A stretch of 48,547 nt of DNA, filler included, from Sphacelaria rigidula (taxonomy: Eukaryota): NCBI GenBank assembly GCA_964200075.2. It is 3 parts of 3 records of this genome, joined end to end, with 100 filler letters (N's around TTAATTAATTAA, not from the genome) between each part and the next. Parts side by side here need not be neighbours in the genome. Positions count along the whole stretch, not along the records: positions 16,217 to 32,332 come from CAXNAA020001481.1; positions 32,433 to 48,547 come from CAXNAA020001482.1; 1 more part is not named here. The stretch is one strand, 5' to 3'. The notes below the pieces were generated by a model. That model did no database searches. It was given only the letters and a program-made list of their open reading frames with translations, and had not been told where the DNA came from. Below, one piece after another: positions 22,691 through 36,300 of this stretch. A program made the translations under genes and the position numbers. Every line of letters starts with the position of its first letter. Positions within the stretch are counted from its first letter, which is position 1.

Positions 22691-23315
22691 TAATATCACG
22701 AACATTTTCTTACATGTGGGAAAACGTCAATATGAGCGAGGCTGTGTGAGGGTACTCCAAATTTCAGCGGTGGATACCTTCTGAATACCATGGATAATAG
22801 TGACAGTATGTGATGTACAGAGGTGGGACACCACACGGAGTACAGTGCGCGAGCCTAACCGCGGTAGGGGCCGAGGAAAGTGGGTAGTGACTGGCTGAAC
22901 AAGACCCAAGTGGTGACTTGCTACACTGGAACCAAGTAGCTTTTCACTAGACTGCAATCAAGTAGTTACTGCTCACACTGAGCACAAGTAATTATATCCC
23001 GCACTCCGCTAACGTCATTACATAACCCCTGTGGGCATGGGGGTGAAATATTATACAAAAACTACAATATCCAAAACGGATACTTGTGATTTTTTGTAGC
23101 AATTTCGACGTCGAACCAGACTGATGTCGGGGTCTCTCCCCCTCCCCCGACAATGGTGGTGTAATGGTACAACCGGCACCATTAGAGTGGAAAGAATGCG
23201 GGTCCAACTCTCGCCAGGTGCACTGAGGTTCTTCTTCGAAAGCACCCGCTTTCCGTGCTTGACAGCGTTAGGATATGAGTAGCAAAGAATAGTTTGACTG
23301 CATTTGTTTGAGAAC

Positions 23316-23470
23316 AGTCAACGCAGTACGGGCGTGCCAGCCTAATCCGCGAGATCAAAATGCGAGGCGTGTACCGGTGGAGAGATGGGTTGATCCTTTG
23401 AGACCACGGACTCGTCACGAGGAAGAGAAGGCGTGAAAAAAGTGTGACGGCAGAAAGCAAAACAGAACAG
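23316..23470. repeat. Dispersed repeat family F, copy 2
   Basis: aatccgcgag..aatgcgaggcgtgtaccgg..gagaccacggactcgtcacgagga. Confidence 0.65.
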
Positions 23471-25659
23471 GAAAGACACCAGAGCTCCTCGGTTCCGAGC
23501 CCCCTGGGTGGTGACGGCGTTGTTCAATTGCGTGTACTGGTGGAGAAACAGGACGCGTGAGGGACCTACCTGCCTCAGTTGTTCCCAATTCACCACAGCT
23601 TCCAGGGGGCCGGGGTCGTAAATACACTTGATGCGTTTTTTAGCATGCTTGCGAAAAATATTGTTGCCCTTCGGTAGAAGACTAGTTCTACCTTTACGTC
23701 AATTTACAACACTGGCCCCTACGATATCATATGCTGGGCCTATGATTTGGGGGAGAAGGAGACGGATGAGACAGCAACTCGTGAAGAGATCGTACACTGC
23801 AACGCGTAAGAGTAGGGTATCGGCAACTGTTTCCAGTTTCCGTGCTGCTCAGTAGCCTCGTTCTTGTTCCTTTGTAACGCTGTCTCCCATGTGCCTTTCG
23901 CAAAATATATTTCGCAGATCTCAAGGTACAAGCTACCACCCGTGTTCCAATTTATACCAAAACATAGATGGTTCAGGAGTACAGACTACAGCTCGTTGAC
24001 ATTTCGACAAACACATACGTTTTCTAGCACGAGCACCACCGTGACTTCATCACCCCCTCCCCCACGAGGCTGTCATCTGAACCGTGCATGGTTCGCTTGA
24101 CTAATCTCCTACTCAACCATCATCCCGTGACGAGGGTTATGGCTCCTGGCCTGTAATTGGTGGGGCCCCGTGATACAAGCGTAGTTTCTGCTGTAGATAA
24201 TGGAGCCGGTACAATGCTCTCATCACACATGATGGGCGACGGAATCGTGGCCCAAAGCACATGGGAAACCATATGCGAAGATATTCGAACGAATTACTGG
24301 CGGGGTTCCCTGTGCCTACTTCGGTATAGCACGGTACTGTAGACCGGACTATTGAGCGCTGTACCGAACTCGAATCCGAAGTGGGACTTCTCTGAACCAC
24401 GGCAAGCATACAGAGAAAATGTTCTGACGAAGTTTTCCTAGTTGGAACTCATTTCAGGACTTATGTCACGGACGTGGTTTTCCCTTAATTTTTTCCCCAA
24501 CATTTCTCATGATCAAAAGTTGCACGCGTGTACGTTTTTCACTGGTGAGATTTTCTCCGACTTGTCCGCAGGTCAAGCTACAAAGTTGCGAACTTTTCAC
24601 CTCAGGGTTCAATCTTGGGCTAGAAAAACCCTGACCCTGACCCTGAAGTCGTGTTTTAGCGGGAAGAGAAGAAGCTCACTGAAATGAGCTTCCGAGAGAG
24701 GCACGGCGACTGGTTGCCGGGATAACTTCCTCTCCCTTCCTCCCCCGAGGGAAGAAGCTTCTTCTTTCCTTCTTTTTGGCAGTTGTTTTTCAGGATATTA
24801 TTTCGAGCTAACTCATCAACAAAGTTGGTCTGTTTGTTCGCCGAAACAAACTGCTTTGAGGAAAATATGAAGCAGCGGCGCAACTACCCTTTGTGTGGTG
24901 CACAGGTGTCACACAGCGCACGCCAAAAGGTACAACCACACATCAACCTCTGTTTGCTTCGGCTCAAGAATTCTGGTATTATGTGTTGTCCCGTTTTCAC
25001 GTACGGCAGTGTCCCACCAAAATTACCGTAAAGTAAAATACCTTGAACCAAAACAAATCGAAACTCAATGCGGTATGCACTCGGTGCATTTTTGTCCCCA
25101 TCAACTCATCAACCACTACATACTATTAATCAGGCTAACCCGAAAATCGACGCTGACCATTATGTTATTACTATTCCCTGCTGAGCTATCCACCTCTCCC
25201 CCTACTGTTACGGTAGAGCTACTTCGCACAATCACCTATCCACCTTTTGCATCCTGGTTCCACCCTTTCTTGAGCGACGGGGCGGCGGGTGAGAAAGTCG
25301 ATCGATCCTCTGCGAAGCGCGCTGGTTCTTGCCTACTTCTCCCTACTTATACCAGTCGGCCGCTGCTAGATGATTGCTACTCGTCGCTGGTGATGGTATC
25401 TGTACTCGTGTGTGCGGCAACCTAGCTGCGATAGCCAACTTTTCTACTGGCAGCGGCACTGCAGCTGGGAAACAAGGACAAACAACGTACCGCTTTTCTG
25501 TACGTATGTCCCATATTGTCAGAATTCGTAAACGCCTCCAGAACGACCAATGAAGCTGGTTAGGAATGACGTGTCTGAGGTCTGCACGAAGCAGTGGCTT
25601 CATGTTGCTGGAAATCAACGCATGTAACCGCAGGGTTAGGAAGACCGAAAGTTTCACCC

Positions 25660-26094
25660 AATCTATTTCCAGGTGCAGGTACAAACTGTAATTCGGGTGG
25701 GTAATGAACAGACATAAGAAGCAGTATGGGTCGCCGTAGAGAGTATGCAGCAGGATGTGGCGACCGGCGGGCCGCCCGCCACTTATGACTTTGGATGATA
25801 TTACGGTCCACATCACCTTGTCACACAGCCCTCTGTGGTCGGGGTGGGCCGCGATTTCCCTCTTTGTTGCAAGCGGCAAAGTCTCTTCAAAGGGTGTGGG
25901 CGTTGCGGCGCACATGCAGTGCAGTACCCCTCTCCGACTGCAGTGGCAGCTGCCGCTACGTACTCCTTGACACGTTCTGGGCAGTTCTCAGCTACGGAGA
26001 TCAGCTCCATATACACAAATTGTTCATCCCCGCCCACTACAAACATGTCTACTGCACACTGCAAGGCATCGGCAGAGGAATAAACAGGACTCAT
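25660..26094 (-). pseudogene. Possible TRP-channel-like (TRPC/TRPN pre-S1 region) gene fragment with a frameshift
   Basis: DALQCAVDM...ELISVAENCPERVKEY then, in another frame, TLPLATKREIAAHPDHRGLCDKVMW; resembles TRPC D...AF.LS.EL..L...E.E.K.EY and K.FVAHP.CQ..L..IW. Recognised by eye only. Confidence 0.3.
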
Positions 26095-26629
26095 GACTAT
26101 AGCTCCTTCTCTCGTTCCACGGCCCAGCTGGGTTTATTGCCCTCGTGAACATAACTACAATGTGGCATGTACGCTTTCCCGAGACTTTCCCTCCCAATTA
26201 TGTGTTGGTGTAATTACTACGTTTTAGTATAGACTGGCGACCCCAAAAAACATCCGGGGAATCACGGGAGCGCTACACTGAATGTAAGTAAAACGAGAAA
26301 TCGTTCCCCGACCACTCGGCCTTTGGATACCTGAAAAGGCGTTATATCTGGGCCAGGGACAGGGCCCCCACACGATCTTGGCGGTGACATCGGATTCGGT
26401 AATAGTCCCCCCTCCGGTCGTTCGGGTCTGGGCGATAACTTTCGCCTCACCGTGATTGGGCAGGTCGCTTCCTGACTTTTTTTTTCATTATTTTACGAAC
26501 AAATGGTCAACCCCGTGTTAGTTGGGCGGTCGGTCCCAAAAGGGTCAAGCTGCTCATCAACTGAGATCGACGTTTCTTGACTTACGCTATAGCGGTTCGA
26601 ACATCGATAACACCAACAAGTATGGGTTG

Positions 26630-26990
26630 TAAGGAATAGCAGGGATGGTATTGGAAAGACGAGCCTACGCCCGTGACCACGGGTTCGAGAGATCGGACTC
26701 ATGTGCGAAATGATAATAACAAAATAATAATTGGTGTTTGCAGCGAGTTCTCGCTGCAATCCCTGCAAGGAACCGGGCCCTACACTAGACGAGAGTATTT
26801 CCATGTCGTACGCGCGCCCACCTACGTTGCGCAGACCTCGAACAGAACTGTGGGTGCCGCCGGTGTGTTGAGGGTGTGTGTGGGGTGAAGAAGGGGGTGT
26901 TCTGGCAACAGGGGGGACTACTAAAAAGCGCATCAATGTCATGGGGTTGGGTCTCTACAAGAATAAAAAAACTGAAACATTGAAAAACAA
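26630..26990 (+). mobile_element. Possible second SINE type (tRNA-like head, A-rich tail)
   Basis: ggaatagcagggatgg (A-box-like) ... gggttcgag (B-box-like) ... aataaaaaaactgaaacattgaaaaac; single copy in the window. Confidence 0.3.
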
Positions 26991-27649
26991 GTACCTATAT
27001 ATTTAGTCTCTGGTCGAACGAACATCCTTGCGAGCAAAGGTGAACACGTACCATCGGTTAACGGTCCTGGCAATTATGCTGTTAATCCAAACGCCATACC
27101 TCGACACGCACGGTGAGTTACGTAGAGTGGATGGGTTTCATCGAAAGCTCTGAGCAAGGTGAAAGTCTTTAGATATCGCACCGGGGTTCGATGAGTTTGA
27201 TTCTCGGTGCCGAAGGAGATATGCGCCCGCTTTGTTCAGGTCACCCGTGAAATGTGCTCACACTCGCCACCATCTACGCTATGAATAGGTATCGTCGTTC
27301 CATGCGTCTATTTTTTTTCAGATCGCAGAATGAAACATGTATTCAAGGTAATATAACTCCCCAGCCGCGATGGGTTACACTCACAATGTCAATTTAAGGG
27401 AAAGCACAGCTCCAGGGCACAATCTGGATATACGGCGTCAACGGTGGACTCTTCAGGCTGGCCGCGTTGAATATAGCGGTAAATGTCGTCGAAACCACGG
27501 GGGATATCCACCGCGGAGCAGCGGACAACAATTCGAAGCCTGAATGCCAGAGTTCGTACACAGGTCGTACGTCAGACAGGCAGGATACAATATTGTCTCT
27601 CTTCAGCACGAGGAAAACGCATCATTGAGCGTCGGAAGTGCTCGGGGTA

Positions 27650-28656
27650 CAAAAGTTTACAGCTGGGATAGGAGATTTTCGCAATTTTTTCGCAGTTGGC
27701 GATTTTTAACTTTTTTTTTTTTGCGTGCCACTGCTCATCCGAGTGAACATTTGACATCAGAGTTCCGGGATCGGGAGATACTAGGCATCCGCTTCACATT
27801 CCGAAACAAAATCATCCCTGCACTATATTTAACATTGAACGACTTGCGGCCTGACCAGTTTTCTGGGGGTCCCACGACTACCCAGACCTGGGTTCTGACC
27901 CTTGGTTATTTTTGCTCAATTGAAGCAATCCCGATCGTTCTTGAGAATAATATGAATATTTTTTTTATCTTCACCTGTTCATTGCGCTAGAGCCCATAAA
28001 CTGTGTTTTTTGCACCAGTGACGGTCGATAACACCCTCTGATAAACGAGGTGTATACTTCCCGACAACACCAATTGAGGATTGTGTTCTGAGCACGACTT
28101 GCTTCATTTCCCAATATCTATCGGCGCGAAGACTTTCGATTGCGAAGGAGGAACGCTATACGACAAAGACTCAGAAAAGTACCGAAGTACGAATATTGCC
28201 CAACCGAGCTCTTTGCATAGCACAGGGGGGGGGGGGGGGGGCGGANNNNNNNNNNACAAAAAAAGCACAACACCCAGGTCGCGCCCCACAGAGGCGTGGG
28301 GGGCGGGGGCGGGGGGGGGGTGGTTGGGGGTGAACCAATCCTGATCACTCTAGTGAATAATTTTACAAACCCTTACCTCCTATCATCACCTATCCATTGC
28401 GCTAGTGCCTAAAAAAAGACATGTGTTCTGGACCAAAAACGTGAGTAACACCCCCTGTCAATCCAGTCCCCAAGTCGTTCAATACTGAGCGCAGAGATGA
28501 TTGTTGTTTCGGAATGTGGAGCGGATGCATAGTATCTCCCGATCCCTAAACATCGGGATCACTCACCGAGATGAGCGGTGGCATGCGGAGAAAAGATTGA
28601 AAATCACCGACTACGAACAAATGACAAAAATCCCCTATTTCAGCTGAAAATTACTG
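27650..28656. mobile_element. Same long-TIR element, copy 2, opposite orientation
   Basis: Collinear with the reverse complement of 6748-7657, including internal blocks aatcctcaattggtgttgtcg, ctctagcgca and gggattgcttcaat; poly-G expansion and short N run inside. Confidence 0.8.
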
Positions 28657-28699
28657 AAGCAAGAAAGAGGAGCAGCGTCCTGTCGGTGGTGGCTGCCTG

Positions 28700-29400
28700 T
28701 GCTGCTGCAGCGATGAGTAGGTAGCACCGTATATGGGGGAGGTTGGGCCATTTCTCCCACGAAATTCCCCTTTGAATCGTCATTGAAGGCAGCAACTTTT
28801 GTTCGAACGGACTTGTTACCAGAGGGCTTCACTCATTCATACTGCTTGACACCTTTTCTACCCAAATACAAGCGCGCCGCGAGTGCGTAAAGTCGTCTGA
28901 CACCCATGAGCCCTTGCTTTTCGTGGAATGAAACCTCCCCTCATCCTATCATAGGATCACCGCGAGTTCTGGCCAATTCTGCGTAAACCCTTTGTTTCTG
29001 AATTCTTTACGGAGCAGCTCCCCGCCCAAACCTGATAAACGCGTTGTGCTCGTGTCGTTCTCAGCGTCGAGTGGATGCGTTCTCACGTCCAATAAATACG
29101 AGTAAGAGTCGTGGGGTTGTAGTCGCCACTTTTCGAATAGTAGAAGTCGATTCCTAGTCTTCGCCAGTCTTCGCATGCAGTCGTTAAAGTGGCGAATCAT
29201 GACTAGAGGGTCGTTGGAAGGGTGAGGCCCCACCCCCGGTGGTTGTGAGTAAAGTTGTGATGGAGAAGTGTCATGCTTCTTTCGGGAGGCAGCTTGTACT
29301 GTGAATTCGGAACAATAAATCCCTTCGTTCGTTTCAAAATAATTTATCCGAACCGTCTTTTGGGGGTAAGGTTTCGTCTTTCTTTAGCAGGTCGTCATTC
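28700..29400 (-). mobile_element. Decayed RTE-like LINE 3' fragment
   Basis: HFNDCMRRL..RLLLFEKWR..SYLLDVRT resembles the RTE post-RT region. Confidence 0.3.
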
Positions 29401-30849
29401 GGAACAATCATCATACCCTTGGGTTGTGTACCCCGTCTGTATGTGAGTGCAAAGCACATGGCCGTGTATTACCGAGACCAAAAGAAGGGGGGGGGGGGGG
29501 GGAAAAAAAAAGCGCCGAAAGGAGGGGGGTGGGTTTGTCGGCCCCACCAAAACCCCCCCCNNNNNNNNNNGTTGCGGTGGGTGTGGATGGGGGAGACGAG
29601 CGGGGGTGTGTGAGCAAGGGGGGGGGAAGGAGGGGGGGGGGGGGGGGGGGGAAATAACAAGCGCCGAAAGGCAGAGTGTTGGTTAGTCGTCGCAACCATA
29701 GACCCGCCCGGCGATCAATGAACATGCTGCTTTTGGGGGCTTGTTTCTTTTCCCCATTCTTTTATGATCTCGATAAGAAACGGTCTGAGGACGTGGCCTC
29801 CTTTGCGTTAGACAGCAGTCTCGAGCCGTGTATTTGACGTGCATTTCACGCTACCATCATGATATTTTCGGAGGATGATGCGAGGACAAGAAAACACTTG
29901 AAACAGGGTGGATCGCACGACTGTGAGGAGGAGCCTACACGTCAAGTGTTATCCTGTCCGAACATAATTTCACAATATTTTTTGCGACTGTTGTCACCGT
30001 TCGTATCCAACGGAGTTCGTCTCCACTTTTGTCACCTACAGTCCAGAACAACAGCCCAGCAACGCACCGCACTGCACACGACAATGCGTTTGACGTGTAC
30101 TTGGGTTGTTCGCAGGGAGACGTGGTTGCGGGTGGCGGTAAGAGTGAGATTTCACAAACTCAAATTGTTGCAGCGGCCAGGGTTCTACCGCAGCTGCTTT
30201 CCATATAAAGCAACCTCTGACTCCCTTCGTGTCTGCGCGCCTTTATTCGGCGGAAGAATACTGTAGGAGGGACGGCGTACCATCGACAAGTGGTTGTCTT
30301 CTTGTGTATCATCATGCGAACTGCACTGCTGGTATTGTCCTGTCCTGTCCTGTACTGAAGACGTGACCAAATCGCGTCAACTGTTGTAGCAAAGGTTTAG
30401 TATGCGCACGCGTGGGTGTGCGGCACAAGTAAACAAAATCGTTGAACTAGCGTAGCGGACAATGAAAGCACTCGCACGTACATGTCCCTTTCCATGTCGC
30501 CTCGCCGAACGACGTATGTAGTAATATGATACTTGAAACAAATGTCGTGACAGTAGTACTGTGAATGGCCGACTGTGACAACTGCGACCTCAAACAGGGC
30601 GGCAGTGAGTTACAGGATAACAAACTTTGACTTTGTCTTGTAAAAAGAGTCTCGAATAGTCCCGCTGCCGCTGAACAACAATGTGAAGGGTCGCTGAAAT
30701 ACCACACGAGCGTGGTGTGCACTCTTCTCGATTGCATTGACTTGCATTTCGCAAACCAAGCCGAGAGCTTCCAGAAAACGCGACCGCAAACATACCGTAT
30801 GTCAGCCACATGACATCAGCCACATGACATCCTAGTGCTCTTTTGAGGC

Positions 30850-31200
30850 ATATTTTGCGAAAGGGTGTCACCTCATTTCCACCCTGTCTTCGCTTTTCGA
30901 AGTAGCCGAGACAGCAATCAGATAAGTTTGTGCGACGGGGGCGAACATCACCACACCAGCTAGTTCGAATATTAGTCACTCCTTACCAAAACTGGTCTGC
31001 TCATGGACCTCTGCATCCTCCAGTTGATGGAAGGCGCGTGACAATGCCGCCTGCTCCATCCCCTAGAAGCCTACTTCCACAGAGTGCAGTGTTGCAAATG
31101 GTGCTTTCAACCTGTTTTAAAAAATCTTCACACTTCCTAAATTCAGACCCGCGACCGATGGAGGAAAGTACCCTGTAAAACTGTTGTTGCTGTACTGTAC
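30850..31200 (-). mobile_element. Decayed RTE-like LINE 3' fragment
   Basis: LKQVESTI...GAGGIVTRLP and QLEDAE..FGKE* resemble ES.E.TI..RL..AG...RLP...GELE.G..EKEW. Confidence 0.3.
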
Positions 31201-32332
31201 ACACACTGACCACCCGTTATATGAGAAGGATTGTACGCTCCTACTGCGAGAGCGTCGCGGGGCGCAGTCTCCCGCATCTGTCGCCTGAAATCATTCTCAA
31301 AATCATATGAGACATCTCCGTGTGCTTCGTGCGCAGCACCTTTTCCACCGAAACCACGTGGCAGGGGCCGGCCATTTTGGGCGGGCAAAAGACAAAAAAA
31401 GTAGGTCCTCCACATTTTAGCCAAAAAAACGTGAGTATACAGTTAACCGCCCAAGTTGGAGCTGTCCGTGCCGGCCGCAAAGCACGCAAAAATCGATCCC
31501 CGCGCGAAGGCAAGGAGTTCACAGCCCATGCAGAGCATGTGCACCAAATTTCGCGGGAAAAAAGCGCCCTTTGACAGCATAACAGCCCCGCGGGAAACTA
31601 GGGCCATGCAGGGTATACCCGGCTTTTCCCGACGATATGGGGTATGGTAGAGCTTGCCCTCAGGCGTACCCCGCAAACACTACTACCAAATTTTATGTTG
31701 TACCTCACCGTGTCTTATGCTGTCTCATATCCAAATTGCACCTCTCTTTGGCCAATATGGGTCTTCCATAGCCCCCGTCCAACCCAGCGAACGCCACAAA
31801 ACCGTGTGGACGAAGAACTTCTCCAACTCTCATTTTTTTTCACCTTTTTCTGTGGCCTGGAGAAGCGCAAGAGTCCGCCACGCTTCTGTTTACTTCTTTC
31901 TCCGGCCCGGAGACGCACGAGCCCACGCTTCTTTGCACCTCTTTCTATGGGCTGGAGACTCGAGACGTCTGCCGAGTGATTGACAGCACACCGCTGTTAC
32001 GATAAATGAGTGATGTCGCGATGGCGTTCCCCAGAACAGTGGTCGATTTGAGCGCGAAAATTCTACACGCCAATCAAAATTACACAAGGAAAACAGCTGA
32101 GCACACCGGCCACCTGGGAACTCCCACGATTGGGATCGATTTCGCTAATAATGCCGCCGTTGTGAGGTGCTTCATACGTATTGGAAATCAGAAATCAGCT
32201 GTCATGCGCTGATGAACCCTGGCTGAACGGTCATTTTGTTCGTCATAGTCTTGGGACTGGTTGGGGTGGGGGGAAAGGGGTACTCATTTGTTGCTTGCCT
32301 TAGTCGTGTGACCATTGACCACGCATCCCTTT

Positions 32333-32432
32333 NNNNNNNNNNNNNNNNNNNNNNNNNNNNNNNNNNNNNNNNNNNNTTAATTAATTAANNNNNNNNNNNN
32401 NNNNNNNNNNNNNNNNNNNNNNNNNNNNNNNN
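32333..32432. other. Assembly gap with TTAATTAATTAA linker (32377-32388)
   Basis: 44 N, a 12-nt all-frame stop linker, 44 N. Confidence 0.97.
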
Positions 32433-33230
32433 TGCTGCTTCTTCTCTTCGATTCCCTCCTCCAATTTGTCCTTCGACTTTTTTCTCATCCTCCTACACTT
32501 TCCTCCCTTACGACCCCCCCCCCCCGACACACACGAAGATAATACATGTTGTCTGATTCCGTATGATACATGCCAATCATCACGCATCACCCCTGAAATC
32601 GCAGAACAGAGGATCCTTGGTGCCCTGAAACAACTCTCTTGAGTACGCAGCAGCGCCAACCGAGCAAAACGTGAACGATCCAACAAAGTCGCAACAATGG
32701 TGAAGAATACCCGCATTGACGTGCGTGCTTCTTTTGGCTGGTCAAGACCTTACGTGGAACCCGTCATGTTCATGAGCCGCACGTAACGTGTGCGTGGGCC
32801 GGGAACAAGAGAGAGAATTGGGTCTTCGAGACGTGCGGCTAGCGCCAAGTACGCATAGTGAACACCTCTTTTTCAGGACTGCTCTTCATTTCCCAACCCG
32901 CGTACCGCACCAGCTTCCGATCCACTGGTTTTTCACTCCCGCCCAGACAAGGGCCATGCATAGAATACCCCAAGACATACATAGTCAAGCACAGCAGCAG
33001 CATCCCTTGTTTTTACAAAAGTACGGTGGAAAGTGCACAACCACCTACCCTCGCATTTTCACTCTCGAACACTCCCACGCGGCCTACACTCGACTCATGT
33101 GCTGCCAAAACATGGATTATGCACCGACACGTGTTCAGCCTATGACCAAACATCACTCTGCGGCAGGTTCGTGCATTCAAATCCCCCATAATACTCATCC
33201 TCCGAGGCACATGCATACGTTTACAACTTC

Positions 33231-33341
33231 CTACACCGCACCCCGAGCCTCGAGCAGCTCACGCTCCCGTCTCTCTAGCGTCAAGGCCGACAAGAAGGAA
33301 TTTGCGCTCAGTGTTTTCATGGTGTTGGACATTTGCTCCAC
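33231..33341 (-). CDS. RBP gene probable last exon (VEQMSNTMKTLSANSFLSALTLERRERELLEARGAV*)
   Basis: ttag acceptor, phase 0, ends in TAG. Confidence 0.5.
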   Translation of the reverse strand: MEQMSNTMKTLSANSFLSALTLERRERELLEARGAV

Positions 33342-36300
33342 CTAACCCCGCCTCCCTCTCCCACCGCCCCCCCCCCCTCGACCTTTTCCTACCGTAAATT
33401 GCCTGAAGCCTTTACCCTGTCACCACACTAATCATGCTTACAGCCGCACGAGATACACCGACGCCCGTGATTTTTCCGGTCGCTTGCCTACTGTTGATAA
33501 TTGATTTAATTTCATAAAAACCCAAACGTGTTTTTAATAAAAGATACCAGGCATACGTAGCTCGACACACAATGCCCAAACCCCGCACCCGTCAACACCA
33601 AGGGCAAAACAAAGCAGGGGGAGGGGGCACCAGGCGGAGCCGGGAAACACATGGGTCAACAGCGGGCCCTTCCTTTTTTTCCAACTCACCACTATTACTT
33701 CATCCCCACTCCAACCTTCCCCCATCCCTGCTCGCGAATGTGGGTATGTCGCGCCCTGCGCGTCGCTGCTTTTTTAAAGAGCACGCGGTATCACAAAATA
33801 GGCCCGCGCGTACATCTAGATTACTCCACTTTTGGCTTCCGCCGTCGTCCATACGTTGCCATACACGCCGGGTGACATACGGCCGGCACCGGCTGGTTGC
33901 GACAGACACCACCTTTACCCAACCCCTGAGTGATATAAAGTTCACCGATCTGGTTCCAAAAGCCAACCCACCTCATCAAACTGCACCAAAAATGAAAATG
34001 AAGATCATATATGCATGCGTGCCGTCTGTCAACCTCCAATTCCCCCCCCCGTTCACTCCTCCATAAGAATTCCATCATTTTGCGTGGCATACTTTCCCCC
34101 CCTTTACAGCCCCGACTCCACCAACATTTGCCCCTCGTCGTTGGCCACCGAGCGACAAGCGCCAGAGAGGCCCTCACTGGGATGCGAGGATGGGCTGCTT
34201 CTCGATACATCACGTTTCGCACAACGTGCTGCTGCGACCGTACTAGCAAGGGCGGTCAATGCAAGCACAACACACTCAACACTACTACGCGCAGCGTCAA
34301 CTAATTCCGATTGTTTTCCAAAGATCTCAACAGGGCATCGCGCGCGCAGAAGGTTCTGTCCGACTCGCGCTTCGACCATGAGCGAGAAAATGTCACACAT
34401 TTCCGCCAAAATTGAGGTACAGAGACAGCCGTACACACATCATCCCACACCAAAAGACGTGAGCGGTGGAAGGGGAGGAGGAGATGAAGACGGAGGACGC
34501 TGCTTGCATGAGCTCCCAGCTCCCTTCTCCCCGGCCCGATCCTTCCAACTCCGTCGTCTATCGACATCCCGGGAGGCCGCCCGGTCGCTCTTGTCGTTCC
34601 AAGAACCAACTGGTAAAAAAGAAAGCAGAATCAGCTCAGGCAATAAAATGTCTGGCCTGTGTCGTTTAGCCTCCTCAGTTGCGGCTAGTGGGCCCCGGCC
34701 CGCCCTTTCTCACGTCCTGCAGAGAAAACGATGGGCCTGCCGGTCCTCCTCGGTTTGCTTGCCCATACATTGTTCCTCCAGCCCGTACTCCCTCACCTCC
34801 CATCCGCCCGGCGCGCCCTACGGCACCGACGGCGCTACCGACTGTGCTAGCTCCTCCGGCCGACAAGTTGAGCTGTGACAGGTCAGCCGCCAGAGCCGCA
34901 CTCGGGTCCTGAAACACAAAAAGCAGCGGCACGCGCGTGGTCGAGTGAGAGCCTTGGAATTTGCTCTCGAAGCGAGCTGCGCGGATGATATCGGGAGAGT
35001 GTACAGCTCTATGAATAAAGGGAAGTGCAGCAGTCCGACTTGGAGTAGATTTGTCCCGATGGAAGCCGGTCGATCGGGACTTGATCGAAAAGCGGGCCAG
35101 TTTAGGATGTGTGCGCGCATGTGTGTGAGGTTTCATGACACTCATGCACCCGCTTGGTCCGAAGCACTCCATCATCTTTATTACACGTATTGTACTCACT
35201 ACGCAAGGGAAGGAAGAACTGTGTGCTGTCCTCTGTACTACGAACCTACCCCCGTCTGTGAGAGTTTGGTTACTATATCGCTGGAAGGCACTGTGCTGTA
35301 CTACTCGAAGATCGCGAGGGTAGTCCATCCGGACCATGCATACTTTCTTCAAGTGATGAATGCCAATTCAACAGACGACCTTCTCTCCCGTCCACGGGTT
35401 TACGCGCCAGCTGGAAATCGAAATCGTGCTCAATTTTCAACAAAAGTGACCCCCACCATTTTGAATCTTGGTCAGTGAGCGGGTTTCTCATCGAAATCGG
35501 CACGCCACTTCAAAAGGTCGGTCAATTTCGAGGAGTTGTATAAAATCAGGCGAAGAAGCTAATATGGGAAATTGCATGTGTTAATTTCCGGTACCGCAGC
35601 ACAAACACACCAACACCCTCTCTCATGTGCTGTAGCTGTCCCGGTACTGTCTGTGGTGTGTTCACGCTGTGGTTGCCCGAGTTGCTGTACTACTGGTGCG
35701 TCATCTGCTGTGTACAAAATAATTGTAGTAGGCACGCTGTGCGGTCTTGTTCCCAAAATGCTTCGGATTTCGCAAACGTTGGATAGCTCAAGAGTAAGCT
35801 CAAAGTTTAAAATGTCACCACGAGTTTGTTGGCTGGTGGATCTCTCGCAACGAACAAAGCGCTTCGTGCCCAGCCCCATCATTCCTGTGTCGCAACTGGT
35901 ACAAAATTAGTAGTAGGCACGCAGTGTTCTTGTCCAATCTGTTGAAAACGTCATCGTGTGTTGGCCGTTGTCTTCTGTAAAACGAACAAGATGCTCCATG
36001 CCTAGACCCATCAGTTTTATGCTATAGTTTTCGCTGTACTGTGGTGCGTTTCAACCCTACGAATACGAGCTGATGCACTGGAGATTGCCTGAGCTGCTGT
36101 ACTGCTGTTGTTTTCCGGTGTGTTTAGAATCGTGATGGGGACAAAGTGCTGTCTGTACAACGTTAAAAAAGTCACATGATGGGTGCACAACTATTAGTTT
36201 TTTGAGGTGCTGTTCAACAGATGTAAAAATCCCACATCACGCAAAGTTCATGTTAGCGACTCCGATCTCGTGCAGTTGGATACGTTCATTGTACTTGTCC

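Noticed and set aside
29480..29700. G-rich duplicated segment with G-quadruplex potential
   Set aside because: Homopolymers next to Ns with a local duplication; probably an assembly artefact.
34015..35478. Long + strand ORFs (287 aa, 177 aa)
   Set aside because: Overlap GC-rich RBP exons and introns antisense; no recognisable domain.
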